A stretch of DNA of 64,000 nucleotides. Source: Burkholderiales bacterium Ga0077543. GTDB taxonomy: Bacteria > Pseudomonadota > Gammaproteobacteria > Burkholderiales > Burkholderiaceae_C. The stretch spans positions 30,254 through 94,253 of the forward strand of contig LNET01000029.1 of NCBI GenBank assembly GCA_001464055.1. Direction: 5' to 3'. Of this stretch, positions 9,084-17,748 are shown piece by piece. Position numbers and translations under genes: made by a program. Each line of letters opens with the position of its first letter. The stretch's first letter is position 1. The notes below the pieces were generated by a model. That model had not been told where the DNA came from. It saw only the letters and a list, made by a program, of their open reading frames with translations, and did no database searches.

Positions 9084-9926
9084 CTACCCAGACGCGGGTG
9101 GTTCCAGCGTGCCGCCGCGCCGCCAAGGCAGGTTGTAGGCCCAGCGCGACACGCCAGCGGGCATCAGGCGCAGGCCGAAGCGCAGCACCGGCACGGCGTA
9201 GGCCAGCGTGAACAGGCCGCGCAGCTGGAAGATGCCGCGCAGGTAGCACACCAGCTCGGAGCGCGCCTTGCCCAGGCCGCGGCGGCGCCAGAAATCCGGG
9301 GCCACGCGGTACACCAAGAGTGGTTCGGCCAGATTGTCGAAGCGCAGGCCCAGGCTCGCGCACAGGAACCACATCGCAACGTCCTCGTTGGTGCCTTTCA
9401 CCGGATAACCGCCCGCCAGCGTCAGCACGCGCGCCCGCATGCACACCGTGGGGTGGGCCACGGGCACACGCCAGTGCATGCGGCGCAGCGCTTCGTCCGG
9501 GCCGGCGGCGTAGCGCACCAGGCGCGTGCGGCCGCTGGCTTCGTCGCGTTCGGTGATCGCGGTACCCAGGATGTCGACGTCCGGGTGGGACTGCAGGTGC
9601 GCGAGCTGGGCGCGATAGCGTTGCGGCAGCGACAGGTCGTCGGCATCCATCCTGAAGATGAAGGCTTCGCCCTGCAGCCGCGCGATCAACGCATTGAGCA
9701 TGCGTGCCAGGCCCAGGTTGTGGGCGCTGCGATGCACCTGGAACAGCTTCGGTTCGACGGCCGCCACGGCGTCGGCCAGTGCCCGCGGCAGCGGGCCGTC
9801 GACGCCCAGGTAGATGCGCGAGACCACGTCCGCCGGCAGGTCCTGGTCCAGCACCGACTGCACGGCAGCGGTGAATGCCGCCGGGTCGTCGCGTCCGTAC
9901 ACGGACATCAGCGTGGCCACGACCAT
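9084..9926 (-). CDS. family 2 glycosyltransferase
   Basis: MVVATLMSVYGRDDPAAFTAAVQSVLDQ and IFRMDADDLSLPQR (DxD). Start chosen at ATG 9926; the ORF is open further upstream to 10481. Confidence 0.8.
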   Translation of the reverse strand: MVVATLMSVYGRDDPAAFTAAVQSVLDQDLPADVVSRIYLGVDGPLPRALADAVAAVEPKLFQVHRSAHNLGLARMLNALIARLQGEAFIFRMDADDLSLPQRYRAQLAHLQSHPDVDILGTAITERDEASGRTRLVRYAAGPDEALRRMHWRVPVAHPTVCMRARVLTLAGGYPVKGTNEDVAMWFLCASLGLRFDNLAEPLLVYRVAPDFWRRRGLGKARSELVCYLRGIFQLRGLFTLAYAVPVLRFGLRLMPAGVSRWAYNLPWRRGGTLEPPASG

Positions 9927-9946
9927 CGGCGGCGAACCGTCGCGCG

Positions 9947-11095
9947 TCACAGGGCCTCGACGGCACCGGTGCCGAGCACCGACTCGACGATCACGCGCGC
10001 CTGATCGACCAGCACGAGCAGGCAAAACAAGCCCAGGCGCAGGTTCAGGCCGCCCCGCAGCGCCAGCATCAGCAGGCTCACCGACAAGAGCATGTTCATC
10101 ATCCGCGCAGCGCCCGACACCACGATGGCCGGCATGCCTGCGCCCAGCAGCATCAAGGCAGTGACGTAGATGGCCGGCAGCATCACCAGCGTCACCATGC
10201 CCAGCACGGGTCGCAGGTCGCCAGGCAACTGGCCGCGCTGGTAAAGCGAGCGCACCCGTCCCGCCAGGGCCAGCACGCCCAGGCCGTACAGGCCCCAGTA
10301 AGCCCACTTCGCGGCCGATATCGTGGCTTCTTCGTCGGCCAGCAGCCCGTACCACTCGTCGACCAGCGCCCGCCCCGCTGGGGTGCCCAGGCCCAGGGTC
10401 GAGAGCACGGCCGTGCCCGCCACCGCCAGCATGCCCAGGCTGAGCAGCAGCCACAACTCCAGCCGCACCGCGCCGGCACACATGTGGCGCACGGCCAGCC
10501 CGGTCAGCAGCGCCAGCAGCAGCACCACCGTGCCCGAGTGCAGGGCCACGGCGGCAACGAACAGCAAGACCGTGGGCAAGACGCCTGAACGTGCCGGGCT
10601 GAGGCTGGTACCGGTGGCAGCGTCGGCGCTGGTGCCAGCCGCAGCCGCGGGATTCGGCCGGTTCAGCAGGACCAGCCCGATCAGCACCAGGGTCAGCGCC
10701 AGCCCTTCGCGGATCTGGATCGTGAAGCGCGGTGCCACGAAGGGCAGCAGCCCCAGCAGCAGCAGCGGCCAGCGGTGGCCATGTCCGTCGGCGGGCACGT
10801 GGCGGCCGCGCAGCAGCAGGTAGGTGAAGACCGCGAAATACGCCGCCAGCACGAAGCGGAAGGTGTCGTAGCCGTCGGGGCCGAACAGGGTCGACATCGC
10901 GCCCATCAGCAGCAGGAACAGCGGGTCGCGGCCCTGGTCGGCCAGCCAGGCGCCGCCGTCCTGGTAGATGGCGGCGTAGCCCAGCCAGTCGGGGTTCAGT
11001 TCATCCTGCAGCCAGGCCATGAGCCCCAGCACGAGGCCCACACCCAGCAGGGCCGCCCCCGGCCCGGCCGCCCTGCGCAGGGGGGCGTTCGGCAT
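9947..11095 (-). CDS. polytopic membrane protein, EpsG/Wzy-like polysaccharide polymerase candidate
   Basis: Hydrophobic throughout. The N-terminal ...NPDWLGYAAIYQDGG... resembles EpsG-type polymerases. Start ATG 11095 lies just downstream of the Wzz-like stop (11103). Confidence 0.55.
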   Translation of the reverse strand: MPNAPLRRAAGPGAALLGVGLVLGLMAWLQDELNPDWLGYAAIYQDGGAWLADQGRDPLFLLLMGAMSTLFGPDGYDTFRFVLAAYFAVFTYLLLRGRHVPADGHGHRWPLLLLGLLPFVAPRFTIQIREGLALTLVLIGLVLLNRPNPAAAAGTSADAATGTSLSPARSGVLPTVLLFVAAVALHSGTVVLLLALLTGLAVRHMCAGAVRLELWLLLSLGMLAVAGTAVLSTLGLGTPAGRALVDEWYGLLADEEATISAAKWAYWGLYGLGVLALAGRVRSLYQRGQLPGDLRPVLGMVTLVMLPAIYVTALMLLGAGMPAIVVSGAARMMNMLLSVSLLMLALRGGLNLRLGLFCLLVLVDQARVIVESVLGTGAVEAL

Positions 11096-11102
11096 GGGGC
11101 TT

Positions 11103-12284
11103 TCAGGCGCCGCGCCAGAGGGCGCGCAGCCGTGCGGCGCTGGCCGCGGTTTCCGGGGCGGCTTGCGCCAGGTGCCAGGCATGGCGGATCACAACGCCCA
11201 CCAGCAGCAGCAGCAGCGCTGCGCCGGCGCCGGCCAGGGCCGTGCGCAAGCGTCGCGGCTTGCTCTTCTTCTCTGGCGGCGTGGCGCTGTCCACCACCTG
11301 GATCAGCGCGCCTTCGCGGCTTTCGTCCAGACGCGCCAGTTCGAACTGGCGCGCCAGCAGTTCGAACAGCGTTTCCTGGTACTTGAACTCGCGATAGCGG
11401 CCGACATAGTCGCCCTGGCCGGCGGCGGCGGTGGCGGTGTCGGTGGCTTCCAGTCGCGCCAATTCGCTGCGCAGCGAACCGAGCACGGCCAACTGCTGCG
11501 CAATCTCGGGTGCGCTGTCGGTGAGCGTGCGGCGCAGGATCTGCAGGCGAACTTCGCCGGCGCTCAACTCGGCCTTCAGCCGCGCAAAACCCTCGGCCAC
11601 GGCCCTGGGTTCGGCGCGCAAGGCACTGGCATTGAAGCCGCTGGCCTGAAGCGACTGCTGCGCCTGCTCGAGCAGCTTGCGCGTCTGCTGCATCTGGCCT
11701 TCGAAGAACGCCCGGCGTTGCTGGGCTTCCGTCAACGCCAGTTGCGAAGACAGGCTGCGCAGTTCCTCGACATGGCGGTTGGCCAGCGCAGCGGCGCGGG
11801 CCGGGTCGGTGTCGTCCACCTCGACGCTGATCAGGCCGTCCTTCTTGCCGATGGCAATGCGCACGTTCCTGGCCAGTTCTTCGCGTGTGTCGCTGCGGTA
11901 TTTCTCGCCATACGCCTGCATCAGCTTGAAGTCGTCGATCAGCTTGTCGGTGATCGTGACGCTTTGCATCAGCGCGACGTACTGGTCGGCTGGCGTGCGC
12001 AGCGTGCCGCCTGCGCCGACCAGGCCCGACAACGCTCCCAGCGAGGCCAGCGCCGCCGTGGCCGCGCTCTGCGCCTGCTGTGGCGGCACGAAGCTGGTTC
12101 GCGCGGTGAACACCGGGGTGATGGCATAGGTGGCGCCCAGGGCCAGCAGCGCTGCCAGCAGTGGGCCCAGCAGCAGCAGCCAGCGGTGGCGCGCCACCAA
12201 CAGAACCAGGTCTACCCAGTTCGGGCCGCCCTCGGCGACCGGATGTTCCTGAACGGGGCTCACGTCAGTTCCTGAAGGTGGCAA
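11103..12284 (-). CDS. polysaccharide co-polymerase (Wzz/GumC-type chain-length determinant), no kinase domain
   Basis: N-terminal Wzz motif region VDLVLLVARHRWLLLLGPLLAALLALGATYAITPVFTA, a long central coiled-coil region, and a C-terminal TM ALAGAGAALLLLLVGVVI. An alternative GTG start at 12263 would avoid overlap with wza. Confidence 0.8.
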   Translation of the reverse strand: MPPSGTDVSPVQEHPVAEGGPNWVDLVLLVARHRWLLLLGPLLAALLALGATYAITPVFTARTSFVPPQQAQSAATAALASLGALSGLVGAGGTLRTPADQYVALMQSVTITDKLIDDFKLMQAYGEKYRSDTREELARNVRIAIGKKDGLISVEVDDTDPARAAALANRHVEELRSLSSQLALTEAQQRRAFFEGQMQQTRKLLEQAQQSLQASGFNASALRAEPRAVAEGFARLKAELSAGEVRLQILRRTLTDSAPEIAQQLAVLGSLRSELARLEATDTATAAAGQGDYVGRYREFKYQETLFELLARQFELARLDESREGALIQVVDSATPPEKKSKPRRLRTALAGAGAALLLLLVGVVIRHAWHLAQAAPETAASAARLRALWRGA

Positions 12285-14253
12285 CCGCCGCCAGGCCGAT
12301 GCCCAGCTGGTAGATGATCTGGGTCCAGTCCTTGGCGCTCTGCACGAAGGTCGTCTTGTTGATTTCCTCGGGCACGAAGATGGTGTCGCCCGGCATGGCC
12401 GGAATGCCCTTCAGTTCGCCGCTGCGCCAGAAACTGCTGCTCTGCAGGCCGCTGATGACGCTGCCGTTGGCACGGATGACGAATGCACTTTCGGTGTCGG
12501 CGCCACGGGTGGGGCCGCCGGCCAGGCGGAGATAGTCTTCGACCATGCGGCCTTCGTTGAACAGGTAGCTGCCGCCGTTGAAGACGCTGCCGAACACGCC
12601 GATGGTGGTGGCGCGCGGCGGGATGTAGAGGCGGTCGCCGTCTTCCAGCGCCAGGTCGGGCAGTTCGGCCTGGCCGGGTTGCATCTGCAGCACCACGCGG
12701 CCCGTGGGCTTGATGGCCCGCAAGCGTTCGATGAGCCGGCCCGAGGCGCTGCCCCGGGCCGTCGCGGCCGCAGCCTCGTCGGCGTTGGACGTGCGCTGCG
12801 TGGTGGCGGCTCGCGTGAATTCGGTTTCCAGGTCGCGCAGTGCGCGTTCGTAGTTGTCCTGCTGCGTCACGCGCACGCTCTCGCGGCTGAACTCCGCACC
12901 GAACAGGAAGGCTGCAGGGGTCAGCCCGCCTGCCGCGCGCATGGCGTCGGCGATCGAGCTGTTCGGTGGTAGCACGTATTCGCCCGGCCTTTGCACTTCG
13001 CCGTCGATGCGCACACGCTTGTTCTGGCGCTGGATGGGCAGGCTGGCTTCGACCGCGCTGAAGGCGCGCATCACGTCGCCGTGGGTCAGCGGGGTGTCTT
13101 CGCTGGCGGGCAGGGCAAATTCGCGAATGCGCACGTCGCTGCGGTCGCCCAGACGTTCCAGCGTCAGCCGGCTGCGGTCGGCCAGCGCCGAAAAGCCGCC
13201 AGCCATGGCGACCACGTCCTTGATCGTCTCGCCCGCCTTGATCTCGAAGATGGCCGGCTGGTTGATGCTGCCGATCAGCGCCACCTGGGGGCCCACCGGC
13301 CCGACCTGGATCACGTCGTCGGGTTGCAGCACGCGGTCGGCGCTGCGGTCGCCCTTCAAGAGGAAGTCGTACAGGTCGAAGGTGGCCAGCACCTTGCCGT
13401 CGCGCCGCAGCACGACGTTGCGGAAGCTGCCGGCCGGGCTGGGGCCACCCGCATTCATGAGCGCCGCAGTCAGTGTCGACAGGCTGGTGACGCTGTAGGA
13501 CCCGGGTCGCGCGACATAGCCTGTGACGAAGACGCGCAGGCCACGCAGCCGCCCCAGCGACGCGCTGAGCTCGAAGTTGCGGAAGACCTGGGCCACGCGC
13601 CTGGAGATCGTGTCCGACAGGTCGGCATAACGCACGCCCGACACGAAGATCGGGCCGACGCGTGGAATCGCGATCCGGCCGCTGCGGTCCACCACGGCCC
13701 GCACTTCGGCGTCGACCGAGCCCCAGAGCGTGACCAGGATTTCATCGCCAGGCTTGATCAGATAGTCGGGCGGGACCAGCGGGTTGTCTTCGGCAGCGCT
13801 GGTGTCGTCGGCGCGATTCAGGAAGTCGACACCAAAACGCCTGATGCGCGGCACGCGGGCGAGGTCCTGGCCCGCCTGGGCATCGCCGTCGCCGCGCGAT
13901 GCGCGTGCCGTGCCCGAACTCGGGTCCAGCAACCTCTGCACGTAGCGTTCGAACTCGCTCGGCGGTGCTTCGGCCGCAGGCGTGGGCATCACTGGCTGGA
14001 GCGGCAAATAACCCGGTGCATAGAAGCCAGGTGCGGCCGGCTGGCTGGTCCCACCCGCGTTGCCCGTGCTGGCTGGGGGGACAGCCGGCAGCGCAGGCCG
14101 CAGGCGCACCGGACCGCTGGGGTTGACGCTGGCCTCGGGTGTTCCGGTCGTGGCCGTCTGGGCATGCGCCGCTGGCAGGCTCAGGCCCAGCGCCATCGAT
14201 AGCGCCATCAAGAGCGCCAGGGCCGGGCGCAGGCGGGAGGTGGAGGTCGGCAT
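12265..14253 (-). CDS. outer-membrane polysaccharide export protein (OPX; Wza/KpsD family)
   Basis: Signal peptide ...LSLPAAHAQ, export motif YLIKPGDEILVTLWGSVD, and several repeats of the G.V..PG.Y SLBB-like pattern. Confidence 0.85.
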   Translation of the reverse strand: MPTSTSRLRPALALLMALSMALGLSLPAAHAQTATTGTPEASVNPSGPVRLRPALPAVPPASTGNAGGTSQPAAPGFYAPGYLPLQPVMPTPAAEAPPSEFERYVQRLLDPSSGTARASRGDGDAQAGQDLARVPRIRRFGVDFLNRADDTSAAEDNPLVPPDYLIKPGDEILVTLWGSVDAEVRAVVDRSGRIAIPRVGPIFVSGVRYADLSDTISRRVAQVFRNFELSASLGRLRGLRVFVTGYVARPGSYSVTSLSTLTAALMNAGGPSPAGSFRNVVLRRDGKVLATFDLYDFLLKGDRSADRVLQPDDVIQVGPVGPQVALIGSINQPAIFEIKAGETIKDVVAMAGGFSALADRSRLTLERLGDRSDVRIREFALPASEDTPLTHGDVMRAFSAVEASLPIQRQNKRVRIDGEVQRPGEYVLPPNSSIADAMRAAGGLTPAAFLFGAEFSRESVRVTQQDNYERALRDLETEFTRAATTQRTSNADEAAAATARGSASGRLIERLRAIKPTGRVVLQMQPGQAELPDLALEDGDRLYIPPRATTIGVFGSVFNGGSYLFNEGRMVEDYLRLAGGPTRGADTESAFVIRANGSVISGLQSSSFWRSGELKGIPAMPGDTIFVPEEINKTTFVQSAKDWTQIIYQLGIGLAAVATFRN

Positions 14254-14378
14254 TCGAAAGAGGAGGACGGGCTGTCGGTGAACGCAGCGGCGCAGTGTAC
14301 CGGCGGCCCAGGAGTGTTCGACCGGTGGTCTGGCGCCCCCGTCAAGGGGGCCGAACGGGCCATGCCTACAATGAGCAA

Positions 14379-15494
14379 ATGGTCATGTTCGTCACCTGCC
14401 TGCTGGCTTTGCTTGCTTCACTGGTCGTGACGACCTGGGTGGTGCGCATCGGCAGCAACGAACCAGGGCGCATGGCCGACACCGATTTTTCAGGGCCGCA
14501 GAAATTTCACGAACGGCCTGTGCCGCGCATCGGCGGCCTGGGCATTGCAGCAGGGCTGTGGCTGGCGGCAGGCTGGCTGTGGCTGCAGAACCCGAAAGAC
14601 CTGGGCACGCCGGCGCTGCTGCTGCTGGCCTGCGGGCTGCCCGCCTTCCTGGCCGGGCTGGCCGAAGACGTCACCAAGCAGGTCAGTCCCGCGCAGCGCC
14701 TTTTCTGCACGGCGTTTTCTGCCGGGCTGGCCATCATCGTGCTGGACAACGCCATCACGCGCACCGACCTGCCCGGGTTGGACCTGCTGGTGGTCTACAC
14801 CCCTTTCGCCGCAGTACTGACCGTGGTAGCGGTGGCCGGCGTGGCAAATTCCATCAACCTCATCGACGGTTTCAACGGCCTGGCCTCGACCTGCGTGGCC
14901 ATCATGCTGGCCGGCCTGGCCTTCGTCGCCTGGCGGGTCGGCGACACCCTGGTGCTGTCGCTGGCACTGGCCGGCGTGGGTGCGGTGCTGGGCTTCCTGG
15001 TCTGGAACTTCCCGCGTGGCCTGGTGTTCCTGGGTGACGGCGGGGCCTACTTCCTGGGCTTTTATCTGGCGCAACTGGCCTTGCTGCTGCTGGCGCGCAA
15101 CCCGGCGGTGTCGCCGCTGTTTCCGCTGCTGCTGGTCATCTACCCGATTTTCGAAACGGTGTTCAGCATGTACCGGCGCAAGGTGCTGAAGGGCCGGCCC
15201 GTCGGCCAACCCGACGGCGCCCACCTGCACAGCCTGATCTTCAGGCGCTTCCTGCGCAGCGATTTCGCCAACCTCGACGTCGAAGAACGCACCCGCCGCA
15301 ATTCGATGACCTCGCCTTACCTGTGGCTGCTGTCGCTGCTGTCGGTGCTGCCGGCCGTGGTGTTCTGGGACAGCTCGGGCTGGCTGCTGGCGGGGGTGGT
15401 GCTGTTCGGTTTCAGCTACCTGGCGCTGTACTGGCGCATCGTGCGCTTCCGCGGGCCGCGCTGGCTGGCAGCAGCGCGCAGCGCCTCGCGCTGA
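14379..15494 (+). CDS. polyprenyl-phosphate HexNAc-1-phosphate transferase (WecA/MraY superfamily, GT4)
   Basis: MVMFVTCLL start at 14379. Motifs RIGGLGIAAGLW, VANSINLIDGFNGLAS, VFLGDGGAYFLGFYLA. Polytopic. Confidence 0.85.
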   Translation: MVMFVTCLLALLASLVVTTWVVRIGSNEPGRMADTDFSGPQKFHERPVPRIGGLGIAAGLWLAAGWLWLQNPKDLGTPALLLLACGLPAFLAGLAEDVTKQVSPAQRLFCTAFSAGLAIIVLDNAITRTDLPGLDLLVVYTPFAAVLTVVAVAGVANSINLIDGFNGLASTCVAIMLAGLAFVAWRVGDTLVLSLALAGVGAVLGFLVWNFPRGLVFLGDGGAYFLGFYLAQLALLLLARNPAVSPLFPLLLVIYPIFETVFSMYRRKVLKGRPVGQPDGAHLHSLIFRRFLRSDFANLDVEERTRRNSMTSPYLWLLSLLSVLPAVVFWDSSGWLLAGVVLFGFSYLALYWRIVRFRGPRWLAAARSASR

Positions 15495-15515
15495 GCCCCG
15501 GAACTTCCCGAACCG

Positions 15516-16211
15516 CTACTTCGTGGGCGTCACCTTGCCGTCGGCGGCTTGCTGAAGCTGGTCGGGCTGGTGCACGCTCAGCATGTCGCCGGTTCGCGTG
15601 ATCACCTTCATGCCCTGAAGGAATTGCAGCGTGCGCGTCACGGTTTCACGGCTGGTGTTCACCATGATGGCGATTTCCTGGTGCGTGGGCGGCGTCACGA
15701 TCTCGACAGTCCCGTCCTTGCCTTGACGGGCCAGCAGCAGCAGTTGTGCGCAGACGCGCTGGAACGAGCTGGGCAGGGCCAGCAGTGCGCGGTGACCCGC
15801 CGCGCGCCGCATGCGGTCTGCCAGGCGGGTGGCCACGGCCTCGGCGCCGCGGGGTGTCGAGAACATCAGGTCCCGGGCTTGTTCCCGGTCCAGGAAAGTC
15901 ACCCTGGAGGGCGCCACCGCGATCACGTATTCCGGCGCTGGTTTGCCGTCGATCACCGACAGTTCACCGAAAAAGTCGCCTTCGGTGATGAAGTCAGCGC
16001 CTACTTCCTTTCCGTCCAGCGTGAAATTGACGGTTTGAAGGCGGCCTTCGATCAGGAAGCCCAGGCCGGCGTCAGACTCGCCGCGGCGCACGATGACCTC
16101 CCGACGCTCCACGCGGCGCTCGGTCATGGTCTGCGCCACTTGAGCCAGCTTGTCGACAGGCAGCTGCTCGAAGAGGCGCAGCCCCTGGAGGATCGGTATC
16201 AGAATGGTCAT
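15516..16211 (-). CDS. Crp/Fnr-family transcriptional regulator
   Basis: cNMP-binding-like fold (FGELSVIDGKPAPEYVIAV) and a C-terminal HTH VNTSRETVTRTLQFLQ. Start MTILIP at 16211. Confidence 0.85.
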   Translation of the reverse strand: MTILIPILQGLRLFEQLPVDKLAQVAQTMTERRVERREVIVRRGESDAGLGFLIEGRLQTVNFTLDGKEVGADFITEGDFFGELSVIDGKPAPEYVIAVAPSRVTFLDREQARDLMFSTPRGAEAVATRLADRMRRAAGHRALLALPSSFQRVCAQLLLLARQGKDGTVEIVTPPTHQEIAIMVNTSRETVTRTLQFLQGMKVITRTGDMLSVHQPDQLQQAADGKVTPTK

Positions 16212-16249
16212 GAGGCGCCGGAACTGTGCCCGCAGGCAAACCTGGCCGT

Positions 16250-16265
16250 TGTGACGCACAACACA
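16250..16265. promoter_or_regulatory. CRP-like box TGTGA-N6-ACACA (9/10 to TGTGA-N6-TCACA)
   Basis: Read directly: tgtgacgcacaacaca, in the 128-bp divergent region between the Crp-like gene and the FecR-domain gene. Confidence 0.4.
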
Positions 16266-16339
16266 ACAGCTTGCCCAAAGCCGGTGCAAGATGCATTGTG
16301 ACGGCGTGCGGCATGATCGCCTTGCGCGCCCTGCAGGAG

Positions 16340-17704
16340 ATGACCATGAGCTTTCGAACTTCCTTGAACGCCTTGCCGCTGGCCGCAGCGCTGTTGGGGC
16401 TGATGGCTGCTTCAGTGAGCGCGCCCGTATTTGCGCGTGACGCCGTCGAGGTCGGCCATGTCAGCCTGCTCATCGGCCAGGCGCGCGTTTTCCGCCCCGA
16501 CGGTTCTTACCAGACACTGCAGCGTGGCAGCCAGGTGCACGTGGGCGACCGCATCGAGACCTCGGCCAACGGGCATGTGCACATGCGTTTTGTCGACAAT
16601 GCGGCGGTCAGCGTGCGGCCGCAAAGCAGCCTGGAGGTTCAGGCCTACCACTACAACGCTGCCCGCCCCGAACTCAGCGAAGTCCGCCTGCGGGTGGAAA
16701 AAGGCGTGACCCGGTCGATTTCCGGCGCCGCCACCGAAGTCGACAAGTCCCGCTTCAGGCTGAACACGCCGCTGGCCGCCATCGGCGTTCGCGGCACCGA
16801 CTTCATCGTGCAGACCGACGCCACGGGTGTTCGGGCCACCGTGTCAGACGGCGCCATCGTGGTCGGCGCCCTGGGCGACGGCTGTCTGGCAGCCGGGCTG
16901 GGCCCATGCGCCGGGGCCCAGGTGCTGTCGACCGACATGAGCGGCCTGATGGCCGAAATCCGCCAGGGCGAAACCGGCACGCGGCTGGTCCCTGCCGTCG
17001 ACCTGTCCGTGGCCCAGGCCGGCTCGCGCCGTGAGGCCGATGGCAGCGTTCCGGCCCTGCAGATGGCCCAGGTCCGTGCCTCGGGTCTGGCCGCCGCGAA
17101 GCCGACCAGCCTGGAAGTGGAGCGCGGCAACGACACGGCCGCGGCCGAATTGCTGACGCTGGCCGCCGTGCGTGTGCCCAATCTGAACCGCAGCAGCGAC
17201 CTGGGCGACCAGCTCATCTGGGGCCGCTGGGGCGTGATGCCCGAAGAAGGCGACAAGCTCAGCATGCCCTTTGCGCTGGCCCGACTGGGCCGCCACGTCA
17301 CCGTGGCCGACGAAGCCGCCGGCCTGTTCCGCGCCGACCAGACCGTTCCCGGCCAGTTGTTCCCCGCGTCGCTGCAAGGCACCGTCGAATTCAGCCTGAA
17401 CCGCGCCACGGCCGTGTTCGAGCAAGGCAACGTCGTCCAGCCTGCACTCATCAGCGCCAGCAACCTGACGGTCGACTTCACCCGCCGCACCTTCGCCACC
17501 GGTCTCGACCTCACCTCGGCTTCGGGTTTGAAGGGCGAGCTTCGGGTCGCTGGCGGAATCCGACCCGACGGCATCTTCACCGTGGCCGACTCCAACCAGT
17601 TCGTGTCGGGTGCCTTGTCGCTCGATGGCAAGGAAGCCGGCTATCTGTTCGAACGCCAGACCGAAGGCGGCCTGTTCCGGGGCCGGACGCTCTGGGGTCG
17701 CTGA
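16340..17704 (+). CDS. secreted FecR-domain protein with a C-terminal TbpB-like beta-barrel signature
   Basis: Signal peptide MSFRTSLNALPLAAALLGLMAASVSAPVFA. FecR motifs IETSANGHVHMRFVDNAAVSVRPQSSL and AAIGVRGTDFIVQ. C-terminus NLTVDFTRRTFATGLDL...VSGALSLDGKEAGYLFERQTEGGLFRGRTLWGR. The start is ATG 16340 or 16346. Confidence 0.8.
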   Translation: MTMSFRTSLNALPLAAALLGLMAASVSAPVFARDAVEVGHVSLLIGQARVFRPDGSYQTLQRGSQVHVGDRIETSANGHVHMRFVDNAAVSVRPQSSLEVQAYHYNAARPELSEVRLRVEKGVTRSISGAATEVDKSRFRLNTPLAAIGVRGTDFIVQTDATGVRATVSDGAIVVGALGDGCLAAGLGPCAGAQVLSTDMSGLMAEIRQGETGTRLVPAVDLSVAQAGSRREADGSVPALQMAQVRASGLAAAKPTSLEVERGNDTAAAELLTLAAVRVPNLNRSSDLGDQLIWGRWGVMPEEGDKLSMPFALARLGRHVTVADEAAGLFRADQTVPGQLFPASLQGTVEFSLNRATAVFEQGNVVQPALISASNLTVDFTRRTFATGLDLTSASGLKGELRVAGGIRPDGIFTVADSNQFVSGALSLDGKEAGYLFERQTEGGLFRGRTLWGR

Positions 17705-17748
17705 GCCTGAAGCCCACCCCTCCTGACTGAAGCCGGCAATTCACCACC

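Noticed and set aside
8371-9966. 531-aa minus-strand ORF read as a single protein
   Set aside because: Only the last 216 codons (8371-9021) show methyltransferase motifs. The upstream part overlaps the GT2 gene, which is readable in a different frame (9084-9926).
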